Notes: generated from the sequence alone by a model not told the origin. A DNA stretch of 64,000 bases from an uncultured Anaerolineales bacterium (GCA_964453155.1 CAYVQU010000006.1:5059-69058); one strand, 5' to 3'. Shown: positions 1 to 8,055, numbered from the stretch's first letter. Numbers and translations are program-made.

Positions 1-528
1 GAGGGTGCGCGCCGCCCGGACATCGCCACCGACATTGAATTGCTCACTGTGGCCCGGCCAGGACCATTCGGATCGAGCGTGAAAAACATAGCGCACTTTT
101 GAGCGGATGCTAGGATCCAGCAGTACCGCCGAAGCCAAATTCGTGGCGGCGCCCAACCCCACGACCCACAGCGGGTTATTTTCAGTACCCGCATGGACGT
201 GGTCAATGATCATCCGAGCACCATCACTGTCACTGGGTGCATTCAAATAGGTCAACGGATCACCGCCAGTTACAACCGGCCACTTTCCGTCAAAACCTGC
301 CACAGCTAACATTTCCAGCACCAAATCGTATGATTGCTGGATGCTGTCTCGTCCGGCAACCTGGGCGAAATGCGTCGCGATGAATCCTTCAATCTTAAAC
401 CGTTCAGGGTAGTGGATGGCCAAGGCAATCGCATACAGATCATCGATTTCATTGGCAGCATCCGTATCAATAATCAACCGGATTTTTTCTTCTGACGACG
501 GCAGGACGGGGACAATTCGATTTTTCAT
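1..528 (-). CDS. Nucleoside hydrolase family protein (IUNH-like), C-terminus cut by window edge
   Basis: Missing from the ORF track because it runs off the edge. Reverse-strand translation from ATG at 528 gives MKNRIVPVLPSSEEKIRLIIDTDAANEIDDLYAIALAIHYPERF.... It has the DTDxxxxxDD Asp cluster of inosine-uridine nucleoside hydrolases. The ATG overlaps the upstream stop (ATGA, 525-528). Confidence 0.7.
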   Translation of the reverse strand, partial: MKNRIVPVLPSSEEKIRLIIDTDAANEIDDLYAIALAIHYPERFKIEGFIATHFAQVAGRDSIQQSYDLVLEMLAVAGFDGKWPVVTGGDPLTYLNAPSDSDGARMIIDHVHAGTENNPLWVVGLGAATNLASAVLLDPSIRSKVRYVFHARSEWSWPGHSEQFNVGGDVRAARTL

Positions 529-1952
529 GATATTTTTCGCAATATGAGCCCCCAATGATCATCAGAATCAGTTTGGATCAATCCAGGTAATTCGGTCGTT
601 TCGGCCGGAGACCAGGTTGAAGTAGGGATATGGAGTTTTTCAAGTTGATAAGTTCCGGTCTTAGCCTGGAGTTCGGTTTCTCCCCCAGTCGGGAAATAAA
701 GCAGGTATTCGCCCCGATCATTCATCATGCAAAAGGCTTCATTTGGCTGCCGGTCATATAGAAGGTGATTAGCGGGTGTGAAATTGAAGAAGTCTACTCG
801 ATCGGTAAACATCCGCAAACTTTTAATAAAACTTTGAGCACTCTCACTCAGGCCAATCCCCGCCACTGGGCGGTGAAAACGCACCGTAGCATGCCCGGCG
901 AAGATATTTCGCCAGAAACGTTCTTTGGCATCCTGGGGACTTCCAGCCCAGATACTATCTTCCAATTCACCACCGTAAATCTTGACGTTATTGATCGGTC
1001 GAATTTTCCTGGTCGCCAGAACAGCCTCCCGGATCCATTCCGCCGTTTTGGCATGGATTTCGCCTTTTTGAGCGTTGTGATTAGAAACATCCACAAATTG
1101 ATATGAGCTTGTGTCATTCAACGAATAGGAAAAATTGGCTGCTTCGTGCAATTCAGGGTTGGTATGTTCTTCAAACCAATCACCGAGGGCTGGGCTTTGC
1201 CCAATCGCACCGGCCACTTCTCCGCTGGAGGGATCCCAATAATCCCACATTTCGGTGACAAATATCTTTTTCCCAAATTTTTCTACCGCGGTGTGTAAAT
1301 ACTTGGCCCAATATTGTCCCCACGGATAAGGTGCCAGGGTTTCGTTATCGCTGCAATACAGCACATTGTCGTGCGGCAGTGAAATGGAGAGCAGCTTATC
1401 AACAAATTTCTGCTGGTACGCCAGCAAAAACTCGTTATTATCTAAAGCCGGGACGGACTTGAAAAAAGGATTGACTTTGGTTTGGGCGGGATAGTCAATT
1501 TCTTCTGGTAGGCCCGATTCCACCGCGGTGTAATTGACATTGATTTTGGGATTAAAGGGGTTGTCCGCCCAATTGGCCGCGCCCCAATAAAAATCATAAG
1601 TGGCCCAAACTTCGATCTGAACGATGATGTCTAATTCATGACACCAGCGGAGTAAATCGGAAAATTTTTGCCAATATTCAGGATTGAATTTCTCGAGGTC
1701 GAAACGGCCATCATCGCCTTTGCAATAAGGTTTCACATCCCCCTCATCCCGGCTACTCATTGTGCAGCGGATATAGTTGCCACAAATCGAATGGAGTAAT
1801 TCGAGGTGCGCTTTTAGATTAGCGATTTGGAACAGGTTATCTTCGAGTGATCCCCCTAACAAAAGGATCGGTTTTCCTTGGTATTGCCAGTAAAACGGGT
1901 TTTGAGTGGAAATTTGGATCCCCTGAGTGTCAGGCATATTGTTCTGCAGCAT
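525..1952 (-). CDS. Glycoside-hydrolase-like TIM-barrel protein (clan GH-A-like; family not resolved)
   Basis: 475-aa ORF. The SDNET (NE) and FVTEMW (TE) motifs occur in the order expected for the clan GH-A acid/base and nucleophile. No signal peptide. Flanked by two nucleoside hydrolases. Confidence 0.55.
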   Translation of the reverse strand: MLQNNMPDTQGIQISTQNPFYWQYQGKPILLLGGSLEDNLFQIANLKAHLELLHSICGNYIRCTMSSRDEGDVKPYCKGDDGRFDLEKFNPEYWQKFSDLLRWCHELDIIVQIEVWATYDFYWGAANWADNPFNPKINVNYTAVESGLPEEIDYPAQTKVNPFFKSVPALDNNEFLLAYQQKFVDKLLSISLPHDNVLYCSDNETLAPYPWGQYWAKYLHTAVEKFGKKIFVTEMWDYWDPSSGEVAGAIGQSPALGDWFEEHTNPELHEAANFSYSLNDTSSYQFVDVSNHNAQKGEIHAKTAEWIREAVLATRKIRPINNVKIYGGELEDSIWAGSPQDAKERFWRNIFAGHATVRFHRPVAGIGLSESAQSFIKSLRMFTDRVDFFNFTPANHLLYDRQPNEAFCMMNDRGEYLLYFPTGGETELQAKTGTYQLEKLHIPTSTWSPAETTELPGLIQTDSDDHWGLILRKIS

Positions 1953-2067
1953 TGTTCATCCTTCTAGTAGTGTCAGGCGACGATCACTTCATATTTTTCC
2001 GAATCAAAATTTGGACAAGAAAACTTATTCGGAAGGTTATCAAGTGACCGCCCCATTTGATCAAAAT

Positions 2068-3108
2068 TTAGCAATCCGTTGTCAGCCGCGCAACCAGCCA
2101 ATCTTCAAACCCTGGTAAATCTTTCCAGTTCATTGCACACCGAATCGGTTTTTCGTTGTCGTCGATATAGGTGTAACCATCATCTGTCACCCGGACCCCC
2201 AATTCTTCAATTTCTAAGAAATCTTCGGCGATTGCCAGATAGACGGCGACCGTATCAAACAAGGTCGAAGTGAGTACGCCGGGAGCAACTTTCGTCCATT
2301 CAACATGCTCGGCCCAACTGTAATAACTCTCGATCAGGGTTTGGATCAAGGGATCCTGGCAGTCATGGACTTGTTTGTATTTCAACCCAGTCAGGTGTAC
2401 GATTCCGCAGGTGTCGAGGGGGGTAATGGTGACATCCGGGAAAGCCGTAAATAGCTGTCGACAAGCCTCGGGAGCCAGGCGGACATTCGTTTCAGCATCA
2501 AGGCCCCCACTCCGGCTGTAACCATAACGTAGGCTACCAAACATCCCCACGATCCGGGTTTTCTCAGCAATCCGCGGCTCGCGCTCGAGGGCCGAGAGAA
2601 TATTGGGAATCGGACCAATACAAATCAATGTAACCGGCACTGGTGAATTCATGATCATATCGATCATGACCCCCACCCCATCTGTGTACACCTGCCCGGG
2701 ATAATCCGCTACGGCATAATCCCCCAACCAGGGCTCTTGCGGGCCAGTGCCATCGTTTTCATAAACCCCCAAACCAATGGGGATATCAGTTCGCTCGGCC
2801 GCTGCCAAATACTTCCCGGCGATCGCACCCCGATAAGCCGGGTTGCCTGTATCGGTCAAGAGCATTTTCAAGTCAAGTTCGGGTGATTTCAAGATGAGGG
2901 CTAGGGCCCAGGCGTCGTCAATATCGCCGCCAATATCCGTGTCGAGGATAACAGGAATCTTTGAGGTCATAGTGGGGTTATTCTCCATAGGGGATGTTTT
3001 TGAAATGTTACGAGTTGTGGAATTTCGGGATTTACAGGCCGTCATAGCCAGGGTCCCCCCCATCAGGGCTGCTAGATTGATAAAATCTCTTCGGGAAAGT
3101 TGCTTCAT
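2068..3108 (-). CDS. Inosine-uridine-preferring nucleoside hydrolase, Tat signal and possible lipobox
   Basis: DTDIGGDIDDAWALALIL motif. N-terminus MKQLSRRDFINLAALMGGTLAMTAC has a twin-arginine SRRDF followed by Cys. I chose the internal ATG at 3108 over the ORF-track start at 3192. Confidence 0.85.
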   Translation of the reverse strand: MKQLSRRDFINLAALMGGTLAMTACKSRNSTTRNISKTSPMENNPTMTSKIPVILDTDIGGDIDDAWALALILKSPELDLKMLLTDTGNPAYRGAIAGKYLAAAERTDIPIGLGVYENDGTGPQEPWLGDYAVADYPGQVYTDGVGVMIDMIMNSPVPVTLICIGPIPNILSALEREPRIAEKTRIVGMFGSLRYGYSRSGGLDAETNVRLAPEACRQLFTAFPDVTITPLDTCGIVHLTGLKYKQVHDCQDPLIQTLIESYYSWAEHVEWTKVAPGVLTSTLFDTVAVYLAIAEDFLEIEELGVRVTDDGYTYIDDNEKPIRCAMNWKDLPGFEDWLVARLTTDC

Positions 3109-3314
3109 GGCCACCCAGAGTATACTTCGGAATCTTTGAGATGAATAGAAATCAGCCAGATTTTGGACAATAAGCTGTGCGACTGAACTCAATCACATTT
3201 CAAAGCTTATATTTATTACGGCGTTTTCCCCGATCCTGACGATTGTTACTGCGTGTTATTTTGGCAGTCAGGTATCATTGCGATCAAGGATAAACATAAA
3301 ATATTGAGGTCGAC

Positions 3315-4871
3315 ATGATTCAAATTGATGGCAACCAATTGACAATACCCCAAGTAGTAGCTGTAGCTCGTGAAGGTGAGCAGGTTGAGATTGCACCAAA
3401 TGCAATGGAAAAGATCAAACAATCCCGTACCTGGGTAGAAGAGATCATCGCGGCCGATGAACCCGTTTACGGGATCAATACCGGCTTTGGTATATTCTCC
3501 GATCGGAGCATTTCTGGTGAGGATGCGGCTAAACTAAGCCGCAACTTGATCATCAGCCACGCCGTTGCCACCGGCCCCGACCTGGCCCCCGAAGTTGTCC
3601 GGGCGGCAATGCTGATCCGGGCGAACACTCTGGCAAAAGGTTATTCTGGCGTCCGACCAATTGTGATCCAAACGATTTTAGATATGCTCAACTGGGGCGT
3701 GACCCCCATCATCCCCTCACAAGGATCGTTGGGATCTTCTGGAGATTTAGCCCAACTCTCCCATATGGCCTTAATCTTCACAACCGATGAGACTAATTCC
3801 GAGGTCGATTCAGGCTGGGCCGAATATGAGGGTCAAAAAATGTCGGGAAAGGCGGCTATGGCGGCCGCCGGCATTCCCCGAATAATATTGGGGGCCAAAG
3901 AGGGATTAGCCGTCAACAATGGGGCGACTTTTTCGGCCGCAATTGGGGCCTTAGCCGTCTACGACTCGGAAATCTTGTTAGAAGCCGCCAGCATCGCCCT
4001 GGCGATGAGTCTGGAAGCGATGTTAGGAGTCAAGTCGGCTTTTGACCCCCGCATTCACTTAGTTCGCAATCATCGCGGGCAGATCGCGGTTGCTGATCGG
4101 ACTTGTCAGTTCATCGCCGGAAGTACGTTGATCGAAGCAGCCGGCCGAGTGCAAGATGCCTATTCCCTCCGCTGCGCCCCGCAGGTGCAGGGGGCCGCGG
4201 TGGACGCCCTAATATTTATCAAAGACCGAATTTCGCGCGAGATCAATGCTGCCACCGATAACCCCTTGATTTTTGGGCCGGGCGAGGCCATCTCAGGGGG
4301 TAATTTTCACGGCGAACCCATCGGAATGGTCATGGATTTTCTCAGCATCGCATTAACGGAGGTTGCCGGGGTCTCCGAGCGGCGCACATTCCGCCTGACA
4401 GATGGCAAGCTAAACGCCGGTCTGCCGCCCATGTTGGTCGATCATCCCGAAGCCGCGGGCTTAAACTCGGGTTTGATGATGCCCCAATACACCGCGGCAT
4501 CACTAGTTTTGGAGAGTCAGGCCCTGGCATCCCCAGACTCAGTCTACTCCCTCCCCACCTCGGCCGAACAAGAAGATCATAACGCCAACGCGATGACCGC
4601 CGCGCGCCATGCGCGGAAAATCGTCACCAATACCACCCATGTCTTGGCCATCGAACTCTATTGTGCTGCCCGCGCGCTTGATTTGCGATTAAGACAACTC
4701 CCCGAGGCAAAGATGGGTCTCGGCGTGGCTGCAGCCTTCCATAAAATCCGGGAGGCTGTGCCGTATCAGGCTGGGGATGCCTGGTGGGGGCCGGAAATAG
4801 AGACAGTCCACGAGCTAATTTCTAATGGTATACTTATCGACCGTGTCAGGCAGATCGTTGACATTGTCTGA
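3315..4871 (+). CDS. hutH: Histidine ammonia-lyase (MIO-dependent aromatic amino acid lyase family)
   Basis: 518 aa. GSLGSSGDLAQLSH is the MIO-forming loop (Ser-Ser-Gly here). NLIISHAVATG carries a Ser-His pair of HAL type. GAGG ribosome-binding site (RBS) upstream. Confidence 0.85.
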   Translation: MIQIDGNQLTIPQVVAVAREGEQVEIAPNAMEKIKQSRTWVEEIIAADEPVYGINTGFGIFSDRSISGEDAAKLSRNLIISHAVATGPDLAPEVVRAAMLIRANTLAKGYSGVRPIVIQTILDMLNWGVTPIIPSQGSLGSSGDLAQLSHMALIFTTDETNSEVDSGWAEYEGQKMSGKAAMAAAGIPRIILGAKEGLAVNNGATFSAAIGALAVYDSEILLEAASIALAMSLEAMLGVKSAFDPRIHLVRNHRGQIAVADRTCQFIAGSTLIEAAGRVQDAYSLRCAPQVQGAAVDALIFIKDRISREINAATDNPLIFGPGEAISGGNFHGEPIGMVMDFLSIALTEVAGVSERRTFRLTDGKLNAGLPPMLVDHPEAAGLNSGLMMPQYTAASLVLESQALASPDSVYSLPTSAEQEDHNANAMTAARHARKIVTNTTHVLAIELYCAARALDLRLRQLPEAKMGLGVAAAFHKIREAVPYQAGDAWWGPEIETVHELISNGILIDRVRQIVDIV

Positions 4872-4936
4872 TAATTTTGATAAAATTCATCCAAAATATT
4901 TCTTTGGAATATTTACATTAACATATCTATCTAAAA

Positions 4937-5040
4937 CAAATTTCGGCGATTGGTTTGATTGAATAATCCTCCGGAATTTGATTAGGCTGTGCGGTAGGAT
5001 TAGCCAATATGAATAAAAAGTGCAAACCGCACAGCACTTC
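4937..5040 (-). repeat. Dual-hairpin element family 1, copy F (diverged)
   Basis: The minus strand reads AAGTGCTGTGCGGTTTGCAC..ACCGCACAGCCTAATCAAATTCCGG..CCGAAATTTG. Hairpin 1 is GCTGTGCGGT/ACCGCACAGC (10 bp). Hairpin 2 pairs 9 of 10. Confidence 0.6.
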
Positions 5041-5054
5041 ATGGAGATCATCCG

Positions 5055-5456
5055 ATGGCACTTGCTGAAAAAGTTGAAGTAAAAACTGTAGATTTAACCG
5101 TTGCAGCCGCTGAGGCTGTTCAAGATTTGTTGCGGAAGCGTGAATTAGAAGATTATGCCCTGCGCGTCTTTGTTCAGGGTGGCGGTTGTTCTGGCTTCCA
5201 ATATGGGATGGCCCTCGAAGGGAAAACCCGCGCGGAAGATGTCGTCGTCGAGCAGCATGGCGTCAAAGTCGTGATTGATGAAGTCTCGATCGAATATATG
5301 CGCGGCGCCTCCATCGACTACATCGAAGATGTGATGGGCAGCGGGTTCAAGATCGACAATCCCAACGCGATGGCCGCCTGTGGCTGTGGTAGTTCCTTCC
5401 AGTCGAAGGACGGCAGCGGCTCCCCCGCCAGTTGTGGCAGTGGTGGCTGCGGGTAA
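5055..5456 (+). CDS. A-type iron-sulfur cluster carrier (IscA/ErpA/SufA, HesB family) with Cys/Gly-rich tail
   Basis: GGCSGFQYGM and the C-terminal CGCGSSF signature, followed by an extra tail QSKDGSGSPASCGSGGCG. GGAGA RBS at 5043-5047. Confidence 0.85.
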   Translation: MALAEKVEVKTVDLTVAAAEAVQDLLRKRELEDYALRVFVQGGGCSGFQYGMALEGKTRAEDVVVEQHGVKVVIDEVSIEYMRGASIDYIEDVMGSGFKIDNPNAMAACGCGSSFQSKDGSGSPASCGSGGCG

Positions 5457-5472
5457 AACACCAATTTAAATT

Positions 5473-5502
5473 AAAAAGTCCGGGCCTGCCCCGGACTTTT
5501 TT
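5473..5502. terminator. Bidirectional intrinsic terminator (iscA-like / SH3 gene)
   Basis: AAAAAGTCCGGG-CCTGC-CCCGGACTTTTTT: an 8-bp GC stem flanked by an A-run and a T-run. Confidence 0.8.
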
Positions 5503-5514
5503 GATTCTAGGGAG

Positions 5515-6162
5515 TTATCTCCGGCGTAGTAGTGAAATAATCAGGCCAAAAATACCCACCACGGTTAGGCCGGTTATCACCGAACCGATCGGAATCCCCC
5601 CGGTACTGGTAGCGGCTTCTTCGACTGGAAAGGTGGCGATCGCCAAGGGTGGCGGTGGGGTGAAGGTGGGTAAGCGTGTAGCAGGGATATCGACAATGAA
5701 TTGGGAAGCCAGGGTGGGATCGATGGTCGGGGTGACCAACGGCGTTGGAGTCGGTGGTGGGGCGACAATGGCCAGCACCCCGCCTTCAATGCGGACCAGT
5801 GGAGCGTAGACCCACGCGACTCCCTCTTCGACCCCCTGATAGATGATTTGGACCCATGAACCGCCCGCGGTCGCGCCAATTGCCGGGACCTGCTGCCGGT
5901 TCAATAACACGCCCACTTTAGGATAGTCGGTTCCAGGACCAGAACGGACATTAATTTGTTCTTCCGGATCTGAGTAGACAATCGCAATCGGGCCGGAGGG
6001 CGTCCCCGTCACAGTTGGGATAGCTACCGTCGGTTGCTGGGCAAGATCATCATCAGGTACTGCGTTTAATTCAGTCGCGTGTACGTTTGGGATACAAAAA
6101 GCAAGTAGCAAAACGGCAATAACCAGGGCTGCAAAATTCATTCTTGTCAAATAACGAGGCAT
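5515..6162 (-). CDS. Bacterial SH3-domain protein with signal peptide, Pro/Thr linker and C-terminal TM anchor
   Basis: N-terminal hydrophobic signal. The SH3b-like segment is INVRSGPGTDYPKVGVLL...GGSWVQIIY. It also has a PPPTPTPLVTPT linker and a C-terminal TM helix plus RRR. Confidence 0.7.
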   Translation of the reverse strand: MPRYLTRMNFAALVIAVLLLAFCIPNVHATELNAVPDDDLAQQPTVAIPTVTGTPSGPIAIVYSDPEEQINVRSGPGTDYPKVGVLLNRQQVPAIGATAGGSWVQIIYQGVEEGVAWVYAPLVRIEGGVLAIVAPPPTPTPLVTPTIDPTLASQFIVDIPATRLPTFTPPPPLAIATFPVEEAATSTGGIPIGSVITGLTVVGIFGLIISLLRRR

Positions 6163-6240
6163 TTAAGCTCCAAAATTACCAAAATTATCTTCGGATTTTA
6201 CCGCACAACCCCGCTCCGGGCAAAAATCCTTCCAATCTAT

Positions 6241-6249
6241 TGATATAAT
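6241..6249 (+). promoter_or_regulatory. Extended -10 promoter (TGATATAAT), leaderless start candidate
   Basis: TGnTATAAT ends 7 nt before the ATG at 6257. No Shine-Dalgarno. Confidence 0.5.
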
Positions 6250-6256
6250 CGTTTCC

Positions 6257-6838
6257 ATGGAGAAAATATTCCACGGAAATGTAAAACCCAGAGATTTTGC
6301 GAAAGCGTTGGTCGCTGAATTCAATCATGGCAACTTGCGAGCGCAACAATTAGGTGGCGGTCAAGAAATTGTCGTTCAAATTGGCACCCGCCATCAGCGG
6401 CGGTCGGGGGGGCAAACCGCGCTAACAGTGACCTTAGAAAAAGTATCCGATGGGGTCGCGGTTGAGATTGGTAAACAATCCTGGTTTGGGGTGGCGGCCA
6501 GTTTGGGGACTACGGCAATTTCGGCTTTACGTAATCCTTTCAGTCTGTTAGGGCGCCTTGACGATGTGGCCCAAGATATCGAGAGCTTAAGTATCACCTC
6601 CCGAATTTGGGAAGTAGTCGAAAACGTGGCTTATGCCGCCGGAGCTTCCTTTGAGCTTTCCGAACGATTACGCCGCCTGGTGTGCGAGTTTTGCGATGTG
6701 GCCAACCCGGTTGGAGAACCCAGCTGTATTGCGTGTGGCGCGCCTTTAGGTCACGCCCAACCCCAGACCTGCAATCAATGCGGATTTGTCGTCAAATCCA
6801 GTGAAGAAAATTGTCCTAATTGTAAATCCCGGTTGTGA
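6257..6838 (+). CDS. Hypothetical protein with C-terminal double zinc ribbon
   Basis: 193 aa. Motifs CEFC..CIAC and CNQC..CPNC. No Shine-Dalgarno; the ATG lies 7 nt after an extended -10, so it is a leaderless candidate. Confidence 0.6.
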   Translation: MEKIFHGNVKPRDFAKALVAEFNHGNLRAQQLGGGQEIVVQIGTRHQRRSGGQTALTVTLEKVSDGVAVEIGKQSWFGVAASLGTTAISALRNPFSLLGRLDDVAQDIESLSITSRIWEVVENVAYAAGASFELSERLRRLVCEFCDVANPVGEPSCIACGAPLGHAQPQTCNQCGFVVKSSEENCPNCKSRL

Positions 6839-6859
6839 ATCCCCGCTGTCAGACCATTG

Positions 6860-6885
6860 AATCCTCGCGAATTCGCGAGGATTTT
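6860..6885 (+). terminator. Perfect 24-nt palindrome hairpin after the zinc-ribbon gene
   Basis: AATCCTCGCGAATTCGCGAGGATT followed by TT(GG). The T-tract is short. Confidence 0.55.
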
Positions 6886-6902
6886 GGATGTTAAATTCGC
6901 CC

Positions 6903-6955
6903 TTGACTCTTATGACGCAGTGCGTTATAATCTTTTTCGTGACGCACTGCGTCAT
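6903..6955 (+). promoter_or_regulatory. Sigma-70-type promoter (TTGACT-17-TATAAT) with two palindromic operator-like sites upstream of the phasin-like gene
   Basis: TTGACT at 6903-6908 and TATAAT at 6926-6931. Operator-like sites are TGACGCAGTGCGTtA (6913-6927) and the perfect TGACGCACTGCGTCA (6940-6954). The two ATGACGCAGTGCGT / ACGCACTGCGTCAT arms are exact reverse complements. Confidence 0.65.
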
Positions 6956-7057
6956 TTACGTACAAAACCAATGGCCAAGGTTTTAGAAAACGAAAAATTA
7001 ATTCTGGTTGTGCGGAAAAGATGTAACAGTATTCAACGCACACCAACGGAGGTATTT

Positions 7058-7411
7058 ATGACAACCGAAAATATGGCTTCTGAAGAGCAAACTTTAGAAC
7101 GTCCCCCACTCGCAGAATTGGCTCGCAAAGTCTTATTGGCCGGAATTGGGGCTGTCGCCCTGGCCCAAGAAGAAGCCGAGGCATTTGTACAAAAACTAAT
7201 CGAAAAGGGTGAAATTGCTGAGCAAGATGGCGGTATCCTGATGAAGGATCTCCGTGAGAAACGCAAACAGCGCGCTGAAGAGTACATGGACAAGCGCATC
7301 AGCACCCTCATCGACCGGATGAACGTCCCCACCAAAGCGGACATTAATTCCCTCAGTGAGAAAATCGCGGAAATTGCGAAGAAAGTGGACGATTTGAAGA
7401 AATCAGGGTGA
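7058..7411 (+). CDS. Phasin-like (PHA granule-associated protein family)
   Basis: GIGAVALAQEEAEAFVQKLIEKGE...LIDRMNVPTKADINSLSEKIAEIAKKVDDL resembles the PhaF/phasin family. GGAGG RBS at 7048-7052. The ORF-track start at 6857 would include the promoter region, so I rejected it. Confidence 0.65.
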   Translation: MTTENMASEEQTLERPPLAELARKVLLAGIGAVALAQEEAEAFVQKLIEKGEIAEQDGGILMKDLREKRKQRAEEYMDKRISTLIDRMNVPTKADINSLSEKIAEIAKKVDDLKKSG

Positions 7412-7426
7412 GGCATTTAGATAATC

Positions 7427-7475
7427 AAGAGTGCGGTTCCGATGTTTCGCTCATGTCAGAACCGCACTCTTGTCG
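7427..7475 (+). terminator. Hairpin after the phasin-like gene
   Basis: AAGAGTGCGGTTC ... GAACCGCACTCTT: a 13-bp stem with a 19-nt loop and a weak T-tract. Confidence 0.5.
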
Positions 7476-7480
7476 TTTGA

Positions 7481-7509
7481 TTGCCATTTAATAATACCCG
7501 GCTTATAAT
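7481..7509 (+). promoter_or_regulatory. Sigma-70-type promoter of phaR (TTGCCA-17-TATAAT), leaderless start candidate
   Basis: The -10 ends 6 nt before the ATG at 7516. No Shine-Dalgarno. Confidence 0.6.
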
Positions 7510-7515
7510 CGCGCT

Positions 7516-8055
7516 ATGCCTGTCATCAAACGTTACGCCAACCGAAAACTCTACGATACCGAGAATAAGGAATACATTACCTTAGATTCTTTGGCCGCTT
7601 TAATTCGTGCTGGAGAAGATGTTCGGGTGATTGACAATGTCACCGGCGAAGACTTAACCGCCGTAACGTTGACCCAGATCATCATGGAACAAGAAAAGAA
7701 GGAAGGCGATTTTGTTCCCCGGTCAATTTTGGCAACTTTGATCCAAACCGGTGGGGAATCGTTGAGCACCATTCGAGAAAAACTAACTTCTCCAATCGAC
7801 CTGCTGCGAGAAGTCGATGCCCAAATTGATGGCCGGATCCAAAATTTAGTTGAACGGGGCGAGATGGCTGAAGAGGCGGGGAAAAAATTAAAAGACCAAT
7901 TATTGGAACAAAGCCAATTATGGGGCAGCGCCATCTGGTGGACAGAAGATGACATCCAAGAGGCCCTTGATCGCCGCGGGATCCCCACCCGAGATGAATT
8001 TCAAAAACTGACGGATCAGATCGAGGCCCTTTCCGCGCTGCTGGATGAATTGTAG
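7516..8055 (+). CDS. phaR: Polyhydroxyalkanoate synthesis repressor PhaR
   Basis: N-terminus MPVIKRYANRKLYDTENKEYITLDSLAALIRAGEDVRVID is the canonical PhaR DNA-binding region. Confidence 0.85.
   Translation: MPVIKRYANRKLYDTENKEYITLDSLAALIRAGEDVRVIDNVTGEDLTAVTLTQIIMEQEKKEGDFVPRSILATLIQTGGESLSTIREKLTSPIDLLREVDAQIDGRIQNLVERGEMAEEAGKKLKDQLLEQSQLWGSAIWWTEDDIQEALDRRGIPTRDEFQKLTDQIEALSALLDEL

Noticed and set aside
6866-6877. CGCGAATTCGCG (the Dickerson dodecamer / EcoRI site) at the centre of a 24-nt perfect palindrome.
   Set aside because: It is a curiosity only. The palindrome is adequately explained as the stem of a terminator hairpin after the 6257..6838 gene.
6857-7057. The N-terminal 67 codons of the ORF-track call 6857..7411.
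   Set aside because: This stretch contains a consensus TTGACT-17-TATAAT promoter, two operator-like palindromes and the terminator hairpin of the previous gene. A GGAGG-ATG start at 7058 gives a protein matching the phasin-like family length.
6903-8055. A complete PHA (polyhydroxyalkanoate) locus.
   Set aside because: Only a phasin-like gene and phaR are present. No phaC/phaE synthase, phaA/phaB or depolymerase is in the window, so PHA metabolism cannot be asserted from this sequence.
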